From Andalucia godoyi And28 (lineage: Eukaryota; Protista; Jakobida), in the NCBI GenBank assembly GCA_009859145.1, contig VRVR01000063.1, forward strand, positions 1 to 11,705: a stretch of DNA of 11,705 nt. Reading direction: 5' to 3'. The notes below the pieces were generated by a model. That model worked only from the letters and a program-made list of their open reading frames with translations. It was not told the origin of the DNA and ran no database searches. Position 1 is the stretch's first letter. Each line of letters starts with the position of its first letter. Shown in pieces: positions 7,721 to 11,705 of the stretch. A program made the position numbers and the translations under genes.

Positions 7721-8746
7721 ATGCAATATACCAACCCCTACGCTCCTCCGTTGACCCCGTTGTCGTCCTCCACTTCAGGCACGCCCTACTTCGTTGCCGA
7801 CAATGTCGGAGTGAAGTTCACTGACAGTCATCCCACCGGCACTGCGTTGCTGAAGGGTCACCGTCGCGCATATTGCATTGGAATTGCGGCCAAAGTCGGC
7901 TCTTTATTGGCGGTTGTGGCATTCGCCATTTTGTCTGCCACGGTCAATGACTACTCATCCTTGTTTGCGTACCACGTGAACAACTCTCAGGCCTTCGACC
8001 CGGACGTGAAGATTTTTCCCCTTGGCAATGCGACTATCCCCGGTTTGAATGCGACGTTTCCCGCATATGGTTTCCAGAAAACCAACTTGTTCATGCCAGA
8101 AATTTGCATGCAGGCACTAGATCCATCGGGGTATGCAGCAGGGAAACCCGTCACTCGCAAGGCTCTCATAGCGTTTCTGCATTCTAGCACCAATTCTGCG
8201 TGGGGTCTGCCCAACTTGGATCTGTATCACGACTCCCTGCGCATCGCATTCGGTCTCATCGCAGGGACTGTCGTCGAAATCGTCCTTGCGGTTCTGGATC
8301 GCAAACAGTTTAGGAGGACGCAGTATCTTATCCGAAACAAACTGAACGCGGGACAACTTTTGGGCATGGTGATCGGATTCGCAATACCACCTCTTTTGGG
8401 TGCGTCATTCCTCTTGATCGTGACCAACCTACCGACAAAAGCATTCTTCCTGCAGCCCAAGAAATTGGGAATCTTTAACAACAAGTTCTGCACTTCGAAA
8501 ACAGCGATTTCAGATACAACTATTGCTCAACTGTTGGATGTCCAGCCCTTTGCGTCCATCATGGCGGGAATCGTCGCAGGTGCGTTCTTGTTCTTGATTG
8601 TGAATGTTTTTGTGGCGCTGCGGCAAGCAAGCAACATCGGTGCATGGAAACGTGACAATGGATTCACTTTGACCTTCTTCGACAAGATGTCCATGAAACT
8701 CTGCTGCTGTCGCCAGAAAAAGCTTGAAGCAGACAGAAAGCGGTGA
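7721..8746 (+). CDS. Uncharacterised four-transmembrane glycoprotein (341 aa)
   Basis: Long uninterrupted ORF with four hydrophobic segments (~51-76, ~172-192, ~210-235, ~277-300). The large first loop carries sequons NNS, NAT and NAT; the tail has LCCCRQKK. Two paralogous remnants in the window support that it is a real gene. Confidence 0.9.
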   Translation: MQYTNPYAPPLTPLSSSTSGTPYFVADNVGVKFTDSHPTGTALLKGHRRAYCIGIAAKVGSLLAVVAFAILSATVNDYSSLFAYHVNNSQAFDPDVKIFPLGNATIPGLNATFPAYGFQKTNLFMPEICMQALDPSGYAAGKPVTRKALIAFLHSSTNSAWGLPNLDLYHDSLRIAFGLIAGTVVEIVLAVLDRKQFRRTQYLIRNKLNAGQLLGMVIGFAIPPLLGASFLLIVTNLPTKAFFLQPKKLGIFNNKFCTSKTAISDTTIAQLLDVQPFASIMAGIVAGAFLFLIVNVFVALRQASNIGAWKRDNGFTLTFFDKMSMKLCCCRQKKLEADRKR

Positions 8747-9208
8747 GCATCCGTCCAAACTCAGTGAGGAATGAAGCCATTTCCAGAAGATCGGGTACTG
8801 TTAATGTTGAAACGCTCTCAAAGGTAAGTTGGCTGCCATTTTCGATAAAACAAAGAATCACAGAATCATGGATTCCTCGGGCTCACTTCGAATGAATACA
8901 CGTTATTTTGATGCATGCAAACACTCGCTGCTGCAGACTGCACAACCCCATAACATGGAAACCATCCTGCAATGTTAGAATGCATCTCTCATTGTGCAGT
9001 TTATGAACGATCCACTTTCGAATAAGTATTCCTCATTCGTCGAAATCAAAGGCCGGTTACACCGTATAGTCAAAGAACAATGGAATGATCCAATATTTAT
9101 TTCAAGAATGCCTCGTTGACATGCGGGTGACCGTCAGCCCATAAGTAGTCTTCTAAAGGAAATCGGTAAATTTCACTTTCAAGAGAGAACCTCCACAGAG
9201 AACTGAAC

Positions 9209-9844
9209 TTATAACAACAGACCGGAGACCAGGCAAAGCAAAACAACAAAGTGGACATCTCCTGCAAACTGGACTGTTCCAGACCGATCTTTGTTGTCAC
9301 TGCAAAGCTCGGCGCTGGGTCCGACAAAGAACGCCTGAGCTGTCGAAGAGGCCTTGATCTCGACAGTAACCCATGCAAGATTGGCCGGATTCAGTTCCCA
9401 GTCTTGCGTGTACCGTCCGTTTGCATATGTAGCAAAGGTGGCAACGACTCGATTTTCCAGAACATTTCCCAGGCTCACTGTTGCCGATCCGGAACCGTAA
9501 TTTATGTTGGCATCAGTGTACGACGCCCCCACGAACGTGAAGCTGGCGACAGTAACATTGGAACCACTGCACAAGACTGTTTGGTTGGAATAATCACGAA
9601 CCTTACCGCCAATGTAGGCCCCACCACAACCGGCCCTTCCGCAGATTAAGATCAACAGGGAAGCCTTCGTATACGTCGCAGAACCAGCTAAGAGGGTCGA
9701 CAGATGGACATTCTTTTCAGGGTCGCTTCGTTCATACAAAGCAGGAGTAGCTGAGCTAGCCTCCTTTTTTTCGGTTTGTTGCGCAGACACTAAAACAAAA
9801 CCCAGGGTCAAGCAAAGGACAAAGAGATACACAAGACGAGACAT
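9209..9844 (-). CDS. Secreted, likely GPI-anchored surface protein (211 aa)
   Basis: The ATG at 9844 starts a typical signal peptide (MSRLVYLFVLCLTLGFVLVSA|QQ). The ectodomain is beta-strand-like and S/T/G/A-rich with sequons NQT and NVT. The protein ends in a hydrophobic tail FVVLLCLVSGLLL* with no cytosolic residues, preceded by small residues (RSGT). Confidence 0.85.
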   Translation of the reverse strand: MSRLVYLFVLCLTLGFVLVSAQQTEKKEASSATPALYERSDPEKNVHLSTLLAGSATYTKASLLILICGRAGCGGAYIGGKVRDYSNQTVLCSGSNVTVASFTFVGASYTDANINYGSGSATVSLGNVLENRVVATFATYANGRYTQDWELNPANLAWVTVEIKASSTAQAFFVGPSAELCSDNKDRSGTVQFAGDVHFVVLLCLVSGLLL

Positions 9845-10631
9845 CGTGTGGGAATTCGAAAGAATTTGCACAACAAGAAAGAAAAGAAAGAAAGGAATCG
9901 TGAAAAGCGGATGTTGAATTCCTTTTATCCTCATACCCGCAGAACCCCAGATCGGCAAACGACGGATCGGTAAAAACAAGTGCTCCGAAAGATCTCGAAT
10001 GAACTCGTCAAAAACTGGACAGCAGGTGCTGCTTTCTGCTCATACAAGGGCACCATGATTCTACACCACCAAGATTAAGGATTAATTCCAAATCTCCGAT
10101 GAAGGAAAGAAAATATAACGACAGATGAGTTTACTGACAGACATCTCTACGATGCTAGCAAACTTTCGGTAAGTCCCAACCGACGTTTGTAACTGTCGCG
10201 GAAAATGTAGGTGATGTATTACAAAAAATTTGACACAACCAGCAGAAGAATAACAAAATCAAAGGGGAAGAGGCAAGTCCGGCCCAGTACGACCAGGAAG
10301 TGTTTTCAGGATCGGCAGTTCCACATGACTGCCAGAAAAGGATCAACGGGATGAATGGGATGGAAAGGTACAGATGCGGATCTCCGCTCTTGAAGACAAG
10401 GATCAACACTGCCGGATGACAGACACTGTTATTACTTGATGGGAACAGATTGTCATTTCCAAGTACAGAAGGTGCCTTTCAGTGGTCTGCATATGTTGGC
10501 AGCCAAATCTTGGTGGAAAACATGGAGATGTCACAACAATAAAAACAACGACTGAGGACTATACGCTGTTTCAAAGCAATCACACTTGGTAAAGTCTCCA
10601 CCACTGACCGTCTGTACGCTGTTCAGAGTTA

Positions 10632-11570
10632 TCATAAAGATTGGATCATCCGTGGTCCACCGGGTTGGTAGTAACAGATTTTCATGAGCACCTCACCAAA
10701 AATACTTAAAAAGATGTTGTTTCTCGTATCCAGGCACGCATACTGCTTCTGTTCCAAAGCGCGACGAAGCATCTGCATTCTAATAACGGAATGCTCCTCC
10801 AATGAGTCTAGCCATGATGGTTGGAAAGGCCTTAACATTCAGAAGCTGATTATTATCGATGCCGCTCCTTGCAGAATTTAAAATGCAGACGAAATCGACA
10901 TCACTGAACTTCAACGGCTATCAGAAGAATGCTGCCACAGGAAAGCTGGTGCCCATCATTACGAACGCAGCACCAAGTAGTGCAGCCGGAAAACCGGACA
11001 ACCAGTCCCATAGCCAGAGCCAAACAGAAGGAATGGCGAATGAAAAAAGCTGACTTGTCGAATCTCCGCCAAAAGACAACGGATAACAAAATTCCTGTGG
11101 CAGTTTTAACCGATAATTTCCAGAACTGTTCAAAAACGCATCTTCATAAAACGACAGTTTTGGTCCAATCCAAGCAGAACTGGAGGTTGCGCGCATGAAA
11201 GCCAGCACAGCTTTGCAGGAAACGGATTTACCAAGTGCTTTTTTTCTTTTTTCACGTTCGAAGCTGTTATGCAAACGGTACATAAAAAAGCTGGTGGGAA
11301 TGGAATCGTGTTCAAGATGCAAAAATTCGACACCAGCAACGTGATTTTTCTGAGTGTAAAATTCCAAGGATGAGAACCAAATCAGCGGAAACGTTGTCGT
11401 GCTAGCTCTGGAGTGAGGACTCCATGGTAACAGTAACTGACAAAACCACAATATTACCAACGGTAAGAATGTATGCGACCTTCGCGGCGATTCCAGAAAC
11501 GAAAGCTCGAAGACGCCCGTTCAACAAAACCGCATCCGGAGCCAGAAGGATGAAGCTGAATCGATGTCAT
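10632..11570 (-). pseudogene. Decayed paralog of the four-TM membrane protein gene at 7721-8746
   Basis: Colinear blocks: LLNGRLRAFVSGIAAKV..VLSVTVTMESSL vs LLKGHRRAYCIGIAAKV..ILSATVNDYSSL (GIAAKV at 11477-11494); KSVSCKAVLAFMRATSSSAWIGPKLSFYED vs KPVTRKALIAFLHSSTNSAWGLPNLDLYHD; FFIRHSFCLALAMGLVVRF vs YLIRNKLNAGQLLGMVIGF; LLGAAFVMMGTSFPVAAFF vs LLGASFLLIVTNLPTKAFF; QLLNVKAFPTIMARLIGGAF vs QLLDVQPFASIMAGIVAGAF; NIFLSIFGEVLMKIC vs NGFTLTFFDKMSMKLC. Blocks fall in different frames, with TGA-TAG at 10918-10923 and further stops. Confidence 0.85.
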
Positions 11571-11705
11571 ATCCGCTGGTAGAAAGAAATGATTTAAAAG
11601 AAGGACGAAAAGATTACAGACGGGAATGTTGGGTAACCGTGTCTGTGTTTAGTAATAGTGTCTCAACTGACTGTAGTCAACTGCATTTGACGTACGTATG
11701 ACGTA

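Noticed and set aside
8771-9120. Possible small spliced plus-strand gene (MKPFPEDRV..., GTAAGT at ~8824, acceptor near 8999)
   Set aside because: The product would be short with no recognisable features; signals are at chance level.
9845-9979. Upstream extension of the 9209-9979 ORF from the ORF track
   Set aside because: The extra 45 codons run through a pyrimidine-rich leader; the ATG at 9844 gives a clean signal peptide.
10155-10409. Hydrophobic 84-aa minus-strand ORF
   Set aside because: No ATG start or family similarity, and the alternative frame is equally hydrophobic; cannot be distinguished from T-rich non-coding DNA.
10918-10923. Tiny introns as an explanation for the stops in the pseudogene
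   Set aside because: The TGA-TAG pair is exactly colinear with L-Q of the intact paralog, leaving no extra sequence to splice out.
11663-11677. TCAAC(T)GACTGTAGT resembles LTR bases 3136-3149
   Set aside because: A 14-nt match with one indel is expected by chance among all pairs in 11.7 kb, and the flanks do not align. It cannot be extended past the window edge.

Overview
Eukaryotic genomic window, probably from a protist (the organism cannot be identified from sequence). Bases 1-3333 are the 3' part of an apparently intact Ty3/gypsy LTR retrotransposon of chromovirus type. Its pol frame (protease-RT-RNaseH-integrase-chromodomain) is open from the left edge to a TGA at 3117-3119, and a short ~207-bp 3' LTR follows almost immediately. 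The rest is host DNA with three intact genes that lack coding-region introns: a Cys-rich TM2-domain-like protein with a Q/P/M/Y-rich tail (5173-5682 +), an unrecognised four-transmembrane glycoprotein (7721-8746 +) and a likely GPI-anchored surface protein (9209-9844 -). Manual translation shows two decayed paralogs of the four-TM gene, at 10632-11570 (-, clear) and ~4240-5076 (-, patchier), which the ORF track does not reveal as such. Pyrimidine-tract+AG acceptor-like signals recur just upstream of start codons, and there is one perfect-consensus 23-nt intron candidate. No rRNA, tRNA or CRISPR array is supported. All alignments were done by eye.
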